64,000 bases of DNA from Bauldia sp. (GTDB taxonomy: Bacteria; Pseudomonadota; Alphaproteobacteria; Rhizobiales; Kaistiaceae): positions 125,058-189,057 of the forward strand of contig JAHCJY010000005.1 in NCBI GenBank assembly GCA_026126065.1, written 5' to 3'. Below the pieces are notes generated by a model. That model was not told where the DNA came from, searched no databases, and worked only from the letters and a program-made list of their open reading frames with translations. A program made the position numbers and the translations under genes. Below are positions 14,359 through 24,587 of this stretch, piece after piece; position 1 is the stretch's first letter; the number at the start of each line of letters is the position of its first letter.

Positions 14359-15018
14359 CTAGTTCGCGCGCTTGGTCGGCCTCGCCGGGCCGGTGTCGAC
14401 CGGGTAGTCGACGATCCGCACTAGGTCGATCTCGCCATTGTAGGTCGGGTCGACCTCGAACGTGACGAGCACGAACTGGCCGTTCCGGAACTGCCAGGTG
14501 CCGATGCTCGACGCATCGCAGAGGCCGCGCCAGCACGCATTCTCGGTCACCGTCCGCGTCGCGAGGTCGAAGGTCGCGTTGACCAGCTGGTTCTCGGTGG
14601 TCATCCCGGTGATCGGGATGGCGTTGACCGTGATGCAGTCGAGGTTCTCGAAGCCGCCCATGCGGCAGTCGGGTTCGAAGGTCGGGATCGCGAAGGCGAC
14701 CGGCTGGACGCCGTTGTACTCGTCCCACGACAGGAACATGTCGAACCGGTTGTAGGCGCCCGAGCCGCAGTAGAACTTGTACAGACGGTATTCGACATCC
14801 GTCGCGCCCTCGAAATCCTGGCGATAGGTGAGGTCGAATATCTCCGGGACTCCGATCGGCTCGGGGCCGCCGAAGCACGCTGTCTCCGAGAGCACGGCGA
14901 AAGCGGCGATGACCTGGTCGTCGATCGCGTCGGCCCGCACGGGGCCGGTCGCGAGGAGGCCGGCGAGTGCGGCTGTCCACGCCGCGGTGCTGAATCTGCG
15001 CAAACGTTCGGCGATCAT
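14359..15018 (-). CDS. Secreted hypothetical protein (DUF1176-like, tentative)
   Basis: ATG at 15018 is preceded by GGAGGAGG. The signal peptide is MIAERLRRFSTAAWTAALAGLLATGPVRA. The protein has several Cys and the motif CGSGAYN. Confidence 0.45.
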   Translation of the reverse strand: MIAERLRRFSTAAWTAALAGLLATGPVRADAIDDQVIAAFAVLSETACFGGPEPIGVPEIFDLTYRQDFEGATDVEYRLYKFYCGSGAYNRFDMFLSWDEYNGVQPVAFAIPTFEPDCRMGGFENLDCITVNAIPITGMTTENQLVNATFDLATRTVTENACWRGLCDASSIGTWQFRNGQFVLVTFEVDPTYNGEIDLVRIVDYPVDTGPARPTKRAN

Positions 15019-15082
15019 CGGAGCCTCCTCCAGTGCAACCACGCGCCAGTGATAGCCGGGCGACCGTCCGGCCGCCAAGCGG

Positions 15083-15811
15083 TCACGGCGAAAGCATGAG
15101 CCGGCCGCCGGCAAACGTGTAGCTCGACAGCGACGACAGGAAATTGAGGCCGAGGAGGCTCGTCTCGAGCATGCCCTCCTGGGTGACGAGGGCCGCCACG
15201 CGGCGCCGCTCGATCGAGCCGACGGTCAGCGTGTCGATGAGGACGGGGGCGGCCAGCGCCGAACCGTTCGCCGTCTGCACCGAGACCCGATAATTGAGCC
15301 CGCGCGTGTCGATGCCCGCAAGGCGCGCATCGCCTGGCGTGAGCGTGACCACGCTCGCCCCGGTGTCGACCATCATCTCGATCGGCGCGTTGTTGAGCGT
15401 CGCGACGAGCACGAAATGGCCGCCGCGCTGGCGGCTCACCACGACCTGCTCGGCGCCGGTCGCGTCGGTCGTCACCACCGCGGTCCCCGGGAAGAGCTCG
15501 CCCGAAACGCGCTGCACGACCCATTCGAGTTCGCCACGGAACGTCCAGCCGACCATGAGCACGGCGATCACGAGGCCCCAGATCAGGGCATAGCGCAGCG
15601 ATTGCCCGAGCGCGCCGCGGCCGATGACGCTGAACAACGCCACCACCAGGATGATGCCGAGGAAGACGAGCTGCGCGATCCGGCCGCCGTCGAGATCCGA
15701 TCCGGGCGGCGCGCGGTCCCGGAACAGCAGCAGCACCAGCGCGATGCCGATGATGCAGAGGAGCAGCCAGAGGAAGGGCGAGCGGCGCATGCTGTCCATC
15801 GTAAGGGCCAC
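15083..15811 (-). CDS. Membrane-anchored retropepsin-like (clan AA, TIGR02281-type) aspartic protease
   Basis: N-terminal TM helices are followed by FVLVATLNNAPIEMMVDTGASVVTL (the DTGA active-site motif). Confidence 0.7.
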   Translation of the reverse strand: MALTMDSMRRSPFLWLLLCIIGIALVLLLFRDRAPPGSDLDGGRIAQLVFLGIILVVALFSVIGRGALGQSLRYALIWGLVIAVLMVGWTFRGELEWVVQRVSGELFPGTAVVTTDATGAEQVVVSRQRGGHFVLVATLNNAPIEMMVDTGASVVTLTPGDARLAGIDTRGLNYRVSVQTANGSALAAPVLIDTLTVGSIERRRVAALVTQEGMLETSLLGLNFLSSLSSYTFAGGRLMLSP

Positions 15812-15923
15812 CCCACCGATCCGGCGTCACCCGTACGTTAGATGGGTATCACGATCACCGAACGGAATGGTGGCAGATGGCGGCGAAAGCAGGGCGTCAG
15901 CGTTTGGTTGCGTTGGTGTTGGA

Positions 15924-15953
15924 TTCCCCTCGCCCCGTTCGGGGAGAGGGGAA
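15924..15953. repeat. GGGGAGAGGGGAA-type hairpin repeat (REP-like)
   Basis: ttcccctcgcccc gttc ggggagaggggaa forms a 13-bp stem with one mismatch. The same arm sequence recurs at 54108-54139. Confidence 0.6.
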
Positions 15954-16000
15954 GCGACCAGACCTGGCGAGGCCAAGTCTCGATCAAGAAGCGCCTTGCG

Positions 16001-17827
16001 TCAGCGTCCGGGCCAACGAGCGATGCCGTCCGTGCCTGCCGGCCGCGGCGCTTCGGCGAGCGCCATACGCGGCGGCGATGCGGGGGCCCGATCCGACACT
16101 GGCATCGGTCGGTCCTCGGCGGCCACCTCGCGCGGCCGCTTGAGGATCGGGCTCTCGAAGCCCGTCGTCTCCTCGTCGACGAGGTCGATCGCCCGCCGCC
16201 GCCGGCTCATGCTGGCGCCGCGCCAGCGTTCGACGACGGCCGCGATGACGGCGGCGTCGAGCGGTCCGGAATCGCTGGCGAACTGCCCGACCGTGGCCGC
16301 CCGCGGCAGGAATTCCTTCGGCACCTCGCCGAAGCGGATGCGGGTGGGCAGCGCCACGCCCTCGCCGAAGGCGAACACCTCGCGGACGCCGAGCGCCGGC
16401 ACGAAAGCGAGGAGTCCCGCCGCAGCGTCCGAGACGGCCGATCGGACGATCGCCTGGTCGAGGTCGTTCGCCATGCGCATGGCAAACAGCGTCGAGCATT
16501 GCGAAACGATCGTGGCGTCGAGCTCCGCCGGACGCTGGGTGACGAGGCCGATGAAGACGCCGTACTTGCGGCCCTCCTTCGCGATCCGCGAGACCGCCTT
16601 CCGCGTCGGGCCGAAGCCGACGGACCGGTCCGCCGGCGCATACCGGTGCGCTTCCTCGCAGACGATGAGGAGCGGCGCGAGGCCGCCGCCCCACAGGCCG
16701 AACTCGAACGCCATGCGGCAGAGGACCGAGACGACCGAATCGACCACCTCGCCCGGGAAGCCGGCGAGCTGCATCACGGTCACCGGCTTCGAGCTGTCCG
16801 TGAGGTTGAAGAGCCCCGACAGGACCTCGACCATCGTGTCGCCGCCGACATTGGCGTTCTGGAACATGAAGCGGTAGCGCGGGTCGTTCGAGACCGTCTC
16901 GATCCGGGTGATCAGCCGGTGGTATTTCGGGAACGCCGAGCGGTTCTCGAGCTTGCCCATCCGCTTGTCGATGAGCGCCAGGAGGTCGCTCATCCGGTAC
17001 GGAACGGGGGTGTCGACCGTGTATCCGGCGCCCTCGGACTCGACCTTGCGCAGGCGCGGCCGGTTGGAGTCGCGCTCCTCGGCAAACAGGTTCTTCGCCT
17101 CGGCGATCACCTGGCTGAGGATCTCGACCTCTTCCTCGATGCCCGGCCGGGCGCGGAAGATGACGTCGACCATCTCCTCGAAATTGAACAGCCAATACGG
17201 GAGGCGGAGGTTGGTTGGCGACAGCACTTCGGCCTTGTCACCGAAGCAGGCGGCGTACTCGTTGTGCGGGTCGATCAGGAAGATGCGCTGCTTGGGCCGC
17301 GCGCGCAGCACCTCGCGGAGGAGGAGCGCGACGCCTGTCGACTTGCCGACGCCGGTCGTGCCGAGCACGGCGAAATGCTTGTGCAGCATCTCGTCGACAT
17401 TGATGTAGGCGCCGACCGAGCTGTCCTGCGACAGCGTGCCGATGTTGATCGTCCGCGGTCCGGCGATGTCGTAGATCAGCCGGAGGTGCTCGCGGCTCAG
17501 CATCGCCGCCGGGCTGCCGACCGACGGATACTCGGTGATGCCGCGCTGGAAGAATGGGCCGTTCTCGCCCTGTACGATCTCGCCGAGGAGGTCCACCTCG
17601 GCCGAGGTACCGCCGCTCTCGCGGTGCTCCGCAACCGACGTCACGACGGCAATGGCCCAGGCATTCAGGGCCTGGATCTCCAGCATCTTGCCGACGGTGA
17701 GATCGTCGATCGCCCCCGGCGTCGCCGGGCGCGCGAGCTGGACGGTTGCATGGGAGCCTCCGACGGCGGTCACATGTCCGCGGCGCGGCCGGGCCGCATC
17801 CGAATTGCTGTCGCTCACCACGTCCAC
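16001..17827 (-). CDS. HerA-like (DUF87) ATPase
   Basis: 608 aa. Walker A is VLGTTGVGKST, followed by FLIDPHNEY. The N-terminal barrel-like region is typical of HerA/COG0433 proteins. Confidence 0.75.
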   Translation of the reverse strand: MDVVSDSNSDAARPRRGHVTAVGGSHATVQLARPATPGAIDDLTVGKMLEIQALNAWAIAVVTSVAEHRESGGTSAEVDLLGEIVQGENGPFFQRGITEYPSVGSPAAMLSREHLRLIYDIAGPRTINIGTLSQDSSVGAYINVDEMLHKHFAVLGTTGVGKSTGVALLLREVLRARPKQRIFLIDPHNEYAACFGDKAEVLSPTNLRLPYWLFNFEEMVDVIFRARPGIEEEVEILSQVIAEAKNLFAEERDSNRPRLRKVESEGAGYTVDTPVPYRMSDLLALIDKRMGKLENRSAFPKYHRLITRIETVSNDPRYRFMFQNANVGGDTMVEVLSGLFNLTDSSKPVTVMQLAGFPGEVVDSVVSVLCRMAFEFGLWGGGLAPLLIVCEEAHRYAPADRSVGFGPTRKAVSRIAKEGRKYGVFIGLVTQRPAELDATIVSQCSTLFAMRMANDLDQAIVRSAVSDAAAGLLAFVPALGVREVFAFGEGVALPTRIRFGEVPKEFLPRAATVGQFASDSGPLDAAVIAAVVERWRGASMSRRRRAIDLVDEETTGFESPILKRPREVAAEDRPMPVSDRAPASPPRMALAEAPRPAGTDGIARWPGR

Positions 17828-17950
17828 CGCTCCGTATCGAGTCGCCGGCGTTCTGCCGCCGGGACTGCCGATAGCAGGGAGAGCGTGCCGGCCGGTTAAC
17901 CACGCCCGGCGGAACGAAGGCAGCGTAAACAGCGGCTTAAGGCAAACGCT

Positions 17951-19078
17951 TCAAGTGTCGATGACGATCCGCGGCGGCGCGCGGCGTCCGTCGGCCCGGA
18001 CCCGCGCCACTTCCGCCCAGGCGCGCGCGGCGATCGCCCGGTAGGCGGCGGCGTGCGGGCCGTCGGGGTCGGTGGCGACCACTGGCGTACCCGCGTCAGA
18101 CGTCTCCCGGATCGCGATGTGGAGCGGCACCTCGCCGAGGAACGGCACGCCGAGCGTCTCCGCCTCGTGCCGCGCCCCGCCATGGCCGAAGAGCTGCGTC
18201 TCGGTTCCGCAATGCGGGCAGATGAACGTGCTCATGTTCTCGACGATGCCGAGGACGGGCACCTCGACGCGCTGGAACATGGCAAGGCCTTTCCGTGCGT
18301 CGATGAGGGCGAGGTCCTGCGGCGTCGAGACGATCACGGCGCCGGCGAGCGGCACCTGCTGCGCCATGGTGAGCTGCGCGTCGCCGGTGCCGGGCGGCAT
18401 GTCGACGACGAGCACGTCGAGTTCGCCCCACGCCACTTCGCGCAGCATCTGCGTCAGCGCCGAGATCACCATCGGGCCGCGCCAGATCATCGGCGTGCCT
18501 TCGTCCACCAGGAAGCCCATCGACATCGCCTTGATGCCGTACGCCTCCATCGGCTTCATCGTGCGCCCGGAAACGAGCTCGGGCCGGCCGGTGAGGCCGA
18601 GGAGCCGCGGTACCGACGGGCCGTAGACATCCGCGTCGAGGAGCCCGACCGCGAGCCCGTTGGCCTGGAGGGCGAGCGCGAAATTGACTGCCGTCGTCGA
18701 CTTCCCGACGCCGCCCTTGCCGCTCGCCACGGCGATGATCGCGCCGATCCCCGGCACGCCCGCCTTGCCGCCGGCCGGGGCGCGGGCGGGCTGCGGCGCC
18801 GGTCGCGGCGGAGGCCGCCGCACCGGCGGCGCTTCCGCCGTCAGCACGACTGTCGCGCTCGCAACGCCCGGCATCGCCTTCACGGCGGCCTCGGCAGCGG
18901 CGCGCACCGGCTCCATCGCCGCGGCGCGTGCGGGATCGGCGGTGATGGCGAACATCACGCGCCCGTTCGAGAGGACGATGTCCGACACGAGCCCCAGCGC
19001 AACGACGTCGCCGGCGCCATCAAGGCTCTGGATGGTCCGCAGGCGATCGAGGATCGTCGCTTTGCTGAGCTCGGCCAT
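17951..19078 (-). CDS. apbC: Mrp/NBP35 family iron-sulfur cluster carrier ATPase ApbC
   Basis: Motifs seen: [13 protein letters not shown]..., [30 protein letters not shown]. Start is at ATG 19078; the longer ORF-track version is an upstream extension. Confidence 0.9.
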   Translation of the reverse strand: MAELSKATILDRLRTIQSLDGAGDVVALGLVSDIVLSNGRVMFAITADPARAAAMEPVRAAAEAAVKAMPGVASATVVLTAEAPPVRRPPPRPAPQPARAPAGGKAGVPGIGAIIAVASGKGGVGKSTTAVNFALALQANGLAVGLLDADVYGPSVPRLLGLTGRPELVSGRTMKPMEAYGIKAMSMGFLVDEGTPMIWRGPMVISALTQMLREVAWGELDVLVVDMPPGTGDAQLTMAQQVPLAGAVIVSTPQDLALIDARKGLAMFQRVEVPVLGIVENMSTFICPHCGTETQLFGHGGARHEAETLGVPFLGEVPLHIAIRETSDAGTPVVATDPDGPHAAAYRAIAARAWAEVARVRADGRRAPPRIVIDT

Positions 19079-19168
19079 GGACAGGATTTGTTGGAGGGGC
19101 GGCGGCGCGCAGATAGGCTCGCACGGAGCCGCGGTCAACCAAGCGGCGCGGAAGACACGAGGTGTTGC

Positions 19169-20050
19169 GTGGCGCGGATTGGCTTTGTCGGACTGGGCGT
19201 GATGGGCGGACCGATGGCAGGGCATCTCGTCCGTCACGGCCATGACGTCATCGTGTTCAACCGTTCCGCCGCCAAGGCCGATGCCTGGCGCGCGAAGCAC
19301 GGCGGCTCGGTCGCGTCGTCTCCGGCCGAGGCCGCGGCAGGCGCCGACTTCTTTGTGCTGTGCGTCGGCAATGACGACGACGTCCGCTCGGTGGTCCTCG
19401 GGGCGGACGGCGCACTCGCGGCGCTTCCGGCCGGCGCTGTGATCGTCGACCACACCACCGCATCGGCAGGCGTTGCGCGCGAACTGCACGACATCGCGCG
19501 AAGCCGCAGCATCGGCTTCCTCGACGCGCCGATCTCCGGCGGCCAGGTCGGTGCCGAGACCGGCAAGCTCAGCGTGATGGTCGGCGGCGATCCGGCCGAC
19601 TTCCTCAAGGCCGAGGCAATCATCAACTGCTACGCCGCGACCGTGGGCCTGATGGGGCCGCCCGGCGCCGGACAGCTGACGAAGATGGTCAACCAGATCA
19701 TGGTCGTCGGGCTTGTCGAAGGCCTTGCGGAAGGCCTCCGCTTCGCCGAGATCGCCGGGCTCGACCTCGACCGCGTCATGAGCGTGCTGACCAGGGGCGC
19801 CGGCCGTTCCTGGCTGATGGAAAGCCGCTGGCGGACGATGACCGACCGGAAATTCGACTTCGGCTTCACCGTCGACCTGATGCGAAAAGACCTCGCGATC
19901 TGTCTCGCCGAGGCAGCGCGGAACGGCGCGCCGCTGCCCGCGACGGCGCTCATCGACGGCTTCTACGCCGAACTGCAGGCGATGGGCGGTGGCGGCTGGG
20001 ACAATTCGAGCCTCATCGCCCGGCTCGACCGCGTCCCGGACGAGGCGTGA
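19169..20050 (+). CDS. NAD(P)-dependent 3-hydroxyisobutyrate dehydrogenase-family oxidoreductase
   Basis: GTG start at 19169. The Rossmann motif is [17 protein letters not shown], with further motifs DAPISGG and [11 protein letters not shown]. Confidence 0.8.
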   Translation: MARIGFVGLGVMGGPMAGHLVRHGHDVIVFNRSAAKADAWRAKHGGSVASSPAEAAAGADFFVLCVGNDDDVRSVVLGADGALAALPAGAVIVDHTTASAGVARELHDIARSRSIGFLDAPISGGQVGAETGKLSVMVGGDPADFLKAEAIINCYAATVGLMGPPGAGQLTKMVNQIMVVGLVEGLAEGLRFAEIAGLDLDRVMSVLTRGAGRSWLMESRWRTMTDRKFDFGFTVDLMRKDLAICLAEAARNGAPLPATALIDGFYAELQAMGGGGWDNSSLIARLDRVPDEA

Positions 20051-20790
20051 GCGTGGTGGAAACCGAACCCACAGCGGCGGCGATCCTCGCCGAACTCCGC
20101 GCCATGGGCTCGGAGGCGGGGAGGGCCGGCATGGCCCGCTTCGGCATCAATGCGGAGCGTGCGCTCGGCGTTTCGATGACGGCCATGCGGCCGCTGGAAA
20201 GACGCCTGCGCCGCAACCACGGGCTTGCCGCCGACCTGTGGGCCACGGGCGTCCACGAGGCGCGCATCCTCGCGGCCCTGATCGACGATCCGATGGCCGT
20301 CACGCCCGCCCAGATGGATGCGTGGGTGGTCGCGTTCGATTCGTGGGACCTCTGCGACCAGGCCTGCATGAAGGTCTTCGCCCGCACGCCACACGTGGCG
20401 GAGAAGGTGCGGCAGTGGGCCGACGACGACCGCGAATTCGTCCGCCGCGCGGCCTTCGCCCTGATCGCCGGCTACGCAGTCGCGGCCAAGAAGGCGCCGG
20501 ACCACGAGTTCCTCGCCTTCCTGCCGCTCATCGAACGCCACGCGACCGACGGGCGGAACTTCGTCAAGAAGGCCGTGAACTGGGCGCTCCGCCAGATCGG
20601 CAAGCGGTCGATGTCGCTGCATGGCCCTGCGCTCTCGCTGGCCGAGAGGCTGGCGGCGTCACCGGACCGCACGGCGCGCTGGATCGGGAAGGACGCCGTG
20701 AGGGAACTGACGGACTTGAAGCAGATCGAGAGGATTGCGCGGCGAGCGGCGAGTGGACGGCAGGCCGGAGGCAGTCACTCGAACAGCTAG
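20047..20790 (+). CDS. DNA alkylation repair protein (AlkD-like HEAT-repeat family)
   Basis: 247 aa. Motifs seen: [43 protein letters not shown]. There is a GTGA overlap with the upstream stop. Confidence 0.7.
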   Translation: MSVVETEPTAAAILAELRAMGSEAGRAGMARFGINAERALGVSMTAMRPLERRLRRNHGLAADLWATGVHEARILAALIDDPMAVTPAQMDAWVVAFDSWDLCDQACMKVFARTPHVAEKVRQWADDDREFVRRAAFALIAGYAVAAKKAPDHEFLAFLPLIERHATDGRNFVKKAVNWALRQIGKRSMSLHGPALSLAERLAASPDRTARWIGKDAVRELTDLKQIERIARRAASGRQAGGSHSNS

Positions 20791-20874
20791 ACACCGGACA
20801 CAATTGGCGGCTGAACCTCCCCGCAAGGTGGAGGCTCAAAATGACAGAATACCGGCAGGCAATTGAGTACGGAC

Positions 20875-21315
20875 CTAGGCACCGAGGCTCGATTCAACCC
20901 GCCGTTTGAGCGCAAGGTTCATTGCCCGGTAGCCCTGCTCCGTCGGGCCGAACATCTTGCCCATGAAGAGCACCATCGGGCCCATGAACCGCTCGCGTTG
21001 CCGGAAGCGCGTCCTGTCCCCGGGCAAGGGATCGATCCGCATCGTGTGGTCGCCCCGATAGACGACGAGAAGGAAACTGCCGCCCCAGGTGATCTCCTCG
21101 CCCTCTCTCATCGAGAGGACCCGGGGCTTGAAGACCATCGGTTTGAGACCGAGGGGCGAGACCGTCATCTGCAGGCGGGCGCCCGGCTGGAACACCCCTG
21201 TAATCGACGGAATGAACGGGTTCCATTCCGTCCACGCCGGGAGGTCGCTCAGGACGTCCCAGACCGACCGCGTCGGGGCGTTGATGTCGATGTGCGTCTC
21301 GATGAGCCGGTACAT
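20875..21315 (-). CDS. SRPBCC (polyketide cyclase/START-like) domain protein
   Basis: 146 aa. The N-terminus MYRLIETHIDINAPTRSVWDVLSDLPAWTEWNPF is typical of SRPBCC proteins. Confidence 0.7.
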   Translation of the reverse strand: MYRLIETHIDINAPTRSVWDVLSDLPAWTEWNPFIPSITGVFQPGARLQMTVSPLGLKPMVFKPRVLSMREGEEITWGGSFLLVVYRGDHTMRIDPLPGDRTRFRQRERFMGPMVLFMGKMFGPTEQGYRAMNLALKRRVESSLGA

Positions 21316-21327
21316 TGCCGTCCACCG

Positions 21328-21816
21328 TTAGCCGACCGACTTCTCCTTGCTCAGCACGAGGTAGCTCAGCGGCATCTGCGTGGTGTACTTGATCTGCTCC
21401 ATCGCGAAGCTCGTCGAGACGTCGGAAATGTCGATCTTGGCGATCAGCCGCTTGTAGAAGCCGTCATAGGCCTCGATGTCCGGCACGACGACGCGGAGGA
21501 GGTAATCCACCGCGCCGGCCATCCGGTAGAACTCGACGACTTCCGGGAAGTCGCGGATCACCTCGGCAAACCGCCGCAGCCACTCGTCGTTGTGCTGGTT
21601 GGTCGTGATGGCAACGAAGGCCGTGACCTTCACGTTGATCTTCTTCGGGTCGAGGAGGGCTACGCGTCCGGTGATGACGCCTTCTTCCTCGAGCTTCTGG
21701 ATGCGGCGCCAGCACGGTGTCGTCGAGAGGCCGACGCGCCGGCCGATCTCGGCGACGGGGACGGTGGCATCCTCCTGCAGGATCTGCAGGATCTTGCGGT
21801 CGAGACGATCGATCAT
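21328..21816 (-). CDS. lrp: Lrp/AsnC family transcriptional regulator
   Basis: MIDRLDRKILQILQEDATVPVAEIGRRVGLSTTPCWRRIQKLEEEGVI... is collinear with E. coli Lrp. The 730-aa ORF-track entry is an artefactual upstream extension. Confidence 0.85.
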   Translation of the reverse strand: MIDRLDRKILQILQEDATVPVAEIGRRVGLSTTPCWRRIQKLEEEGVITGRVALLDPKKINVKVTAFVAITTNQHNDEWLRRFAEVIRDFPEVVEFYRMAGAVDYLLRVVVPDIEAYDGFYKRLIAKIDISDVSTSFAMEQIKYTTQMPLSYLVLSKEKSVG

Positions 21817-22125
21817 CGCGTTCACTCCGGGCGGGACTGCGGGCGGCGTTGGGAAGGATTTTCCCAAACGGCCCATCCAGCACGCAGATTGTAGATTATC
21901 ATTCCAATTCCGGTCGGTCCACCGCCATCCGCCTCGCGATGCCGGCGACGGCCGCGACCTCCGACCGCAGGCCGCACCGACGCGGGCCGGCGGCCACGGC
22001 ATCAGGCCGTCGCCGGAGCGGCGTGGTGAAGGCCCGTTAACCAAGCTCCTGAAAGCGATCTTAAGCGTTAAGGACGATAGTCGGCCGCCACAGAAACGCG
22101 CGTTGTACGGCGGCACAATCACGGC

Positions 22126-23655
22126 ATGTCGGACCTGAAGCCCGCCGAGGCAGACAAGATCGCCATGAACAGGCAGCGCGCCGACCGCCGTCGGGCGGTC
22201 GCGCGCACCGTCCGCGACCACCGCGAACGCCTCGCATCCAGCACCGGCACGCGGCCGGCCTTCGACTACGAACTCCTCGTCACCTACGCCCGCAACCGGA
22301 AGAGCGCGGTTCCGGCGCTCCTCCTGGTCGTGCTCCTCGTGGGCGGCACCGCGCTCCTCTGGATCGATGCGATCTGGGTGGCCGCGTGGGCGGCCGTGGT
22401 CGCGGTTCTCCAGGGCATCATGTTCCTGATGTGCCGGCGGCTGATCGCGAGCGCGCCGGGCGCGGTGAAGGTCCGCGCCTGGACGACGCGCTTTGCCGTC
22501 GCCGAACTGTTGGGCGGCGCGGCGTGGTGCGCGATCCTCGTGCTGAGCTGGGCGGTGCCTTCGGCCGAGAGCATTGCGGTATTCCAGTTCGCAGTGGCGG
22601 TTGTCATCATCTCGGCCGGCGCGATGGTGGCGGCGACGATTCCGCCCGCCGCCATCGCCGGCACGCTGCCCATGGTGCTGACGGCGGCGCTCCTCTTCGC
22701 GAGCCGCGGCGAGACGCTCTACTACGCCATGGCGACGCTGGTCGGCGCCGCCGAGCTGTTCTTCCTGCTGCTGGCCAACCGCTTCTACTGGGCTACGCTC
22801 GGCACGCTGGAATCGAAGGCCGAAAAGGACGCCCTCATCGGCGAACTCGGCACGGCCAAGGCGATCTCCGACGAGTCCCGCCGCCGCGCCGAGGAGGCGA
22901 ACCTTGCGAAGTCGCGCTTCCTCGCCACCATGAGCCACGAACTCCGGACGCCGCTCAACGCCATCCTCGGATTCTCCGAGGTGATGAAGAACGAGGTCCT
23001 CGGGCCGATGGAGAACAAGGCGTATCGCGATTATGCCGGCGACATCCACCAGAGCGGCACGCACCTCCTCAACCTCATCAACGAGATCCTCGACCTCTCG
23101 CGGATCGAGGCCGGCCGCTACAAGCTCAGCGAGGAGCCCGTGCACCTCGCGCACCTGATTGAGGAGTGCCGCCACCTCGTCCAACTCAAGGCGAAGAGCA
23201 AGGGACTGACCCTCGATGAAGTGATCGAGCCCAACCTGCCCCGGCTGTGGGCCGATGCCCGCGCCGTGCGCCAGGTCGTCCTGAACCTCCTGTCGAACGC
23301 GGTGAAGTTCACGCAGCCGGGCGGACGGATCGAGGTGAAGGTCGGCTGGACCTCCGGCGGCGGCCAGTACGTCACCGTCTCGGACAACGGTCCCGGCATC
23401 CCGGAGGAGGAGATTCCGATCGTCCTGTCCGCCTTCGGCCAGGGCTCCATCGCCATCAAGGGCGCGGAGGAGGGGACCGGCCTCGGCCTGCCGATCGTGC
23501 AGGCGCTGATGCACACGCATGACGGCTCGTTCGAGCTGTCGTCGAAGCTGCGCCAGGGCACCACCGCCACGGCCATCTTCCCGCGCACCCGCGTGATGGA
23601 AGCGCTGCCTCCGATCGACGACGCCAGCCGCCTGCGCTTGCGCCGGACGGGTTGA
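22126..23655 (+). CDS. Membrane sensor histidine kinase
   Basis: The N-terminal half has multiple TM helices. The H-box is FLATMSHELRTPLNAILGFSE, with N, G1 and G2 boxes (LLSNAVKFT, DNGPGI, GTGLGL). Confidence 0.85.
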   Translation: MSDLKPAEADKIAMNRQRADRRRAVARTVRDHRERLASSTGTRPAFDYELLVTYARNRKSAVPALLLVVLLVGGTALLWIDAIWVAAWAAVVAVLQGIMFLMCRRLIASAPGAVKVRAWTTRFAVAELLGGAAWCAILVLSWAVPSAESIAVFQFAVAVVIISAGAMVAATIPPAAIAGTLPMVLTAALLFASRGETLYYAMATLVGAAELFFLLLANRFYWATLGTLESKAEKDALIGELGTAKAISDESRRRAEEANLAKSRFLATMSHELRTPLNAILGFSEVMKNEVLGPMENKAYRDYAGDIHQSGTHLLNLINEILDLSRIEAGRYKLSEEPVHLAHLIEECRHLVQLKAKSKGLTLDEVIEPNLPRLWADARAVRQVVLNLLSNAVKFTQPGGRIEVKVGWTSGGGQYVTVSDNGPGIPEEEIPIVLSAFGQGSIAIKGAEEGTGLGLPIVQALMHTHDGSFELSSKLRQGTTATAIFPRTRVMEALPPIDDASRLRLRRTG

Positions 23656-23688
23656 TGAGGGCCGGCCGCTAGCGAAGGACTCTGCGCC

Positions 23689-24289
23689 TTGAAACTCGCT
23701 TCTAGCTTCCCGGGATTCTCAGACACTTTCTCCGTGATGGAGGCCGGTGGGGAGCACCAGTTTCGTGCAACGCTCGATCTCACTAGGGAGCATATGTGGG
23801 AGTTGCTTACCGGGGGGCGCCAAGGAGACGCTACTATATCAGCGCGCTGGATTGCTGGCGATGCTGAGCCGGGAGATGTGGTTTGGACAAACGACCTCTT
23901 TCCGATTCTGATTAGTAGCAAGGTTTGCTCCATCTTTGCCGCGCAGAATTTCTCAGGATGGAGGGTAGTGCCTGTCGATCTTCGCGGAAAAGAGGGCGAG
24001 GATATTCCGAACTACCACTTCCTGTGTTTTACTGGTCGTTGCGGTCCATTTAGTAGTGAAGGCAGGAGTTGAATTCGAGAAGATCAAGCCAGGCGGGATA
24101 ATTATGTATCGTCGTGGATTATTCTTTGACCCGGCCTCGTGGGATGGATCAGATTTATTCATGTTTCCGGGCAAAGGATACCGAATTGTTCTCAAGCCGG
24201 TGAGAGACGCGTTGCTCTCTGTAGCATCGTACAACTTGGATTTTGCGCCGCTCGATCAGATTGAATTAAGGGTTGGTCGAAAATTCTGA
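23689..24289 (+). pseudogene. Low-GC orphan gene split by a frameshift, resembling Imm11/DUF1629 immunity-type proteins
   Basis: Two ORFs in different frames (23689-24072 and 24056-24289) overlap by 17 nt. Motifs LISSKVCSIFAAQNFSGWRVVPV, YHFLCFTGRCGPF and PASWDGSDLFMFPG...IVLKPVRDAL...LDFAPL resemble one ~200-aa family member. Hand counts of three 60-nt lines give 45-47% GC, against 68% in the adjacent kinase gene. Confidence 0.45.
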
Positions 24290-24507
24290 TCGATTGAGTC
24301 ATTCGCGGCCGGGGCTGGTCTTCTTGTTCGAGACCAAAGCTTCCAACGGACTCATTGGTTGAGCAGGATGGTTCTGGCGGGTGGCCATCTGCCGCGCGAA
24401 CTTCCATCTTCCCCTATTCGACGACTGGCTCGCATGGGCAATGCTGGAGTCTCGGCCTGCGCATTCCGCAGAGACTCTCGAAATCTGCAACGCCTGAACG
24501 CGAAAGC

Positions 24508-24529
24508 GGCGGACCGTTTCCGGCCCGCC
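24508..24529 (-). terminator. Candidate intrinsic terminator downstream of the DUF1028 gene
   Basis: The minus strand reads ggcgggccg gaaa cggtccgcc, followed by GCTTTCGCGTT. The stem is 9 bp with one mismatch. Confidence 0.35.
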
Positions 24530-24587
24530 GCCTCCCGACAGGGGGTGGGCATGCCCATGCGGGGGCATGCCCTTGTCGAAGTGGTCG

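Noticed and set aside
15842-17899. A 685-aa plus-strand ORF opposite the HerA-like gene. Similar long shadow ORFs occur at 21328-23520 (upstream extension), 42842-44344, 44059-45048, 45274-46605, 48368-50038, 55457-57094, 62564-63619 and 13078-14226.
   Set aside because: Their translations are Arg/Gly/Pro/Ala/Asp-rich with no recognisable motifs. They lie antisense to, or extend, genes with clear family signatures. Long open antisense frames are expected in DNA of about 68% GC.
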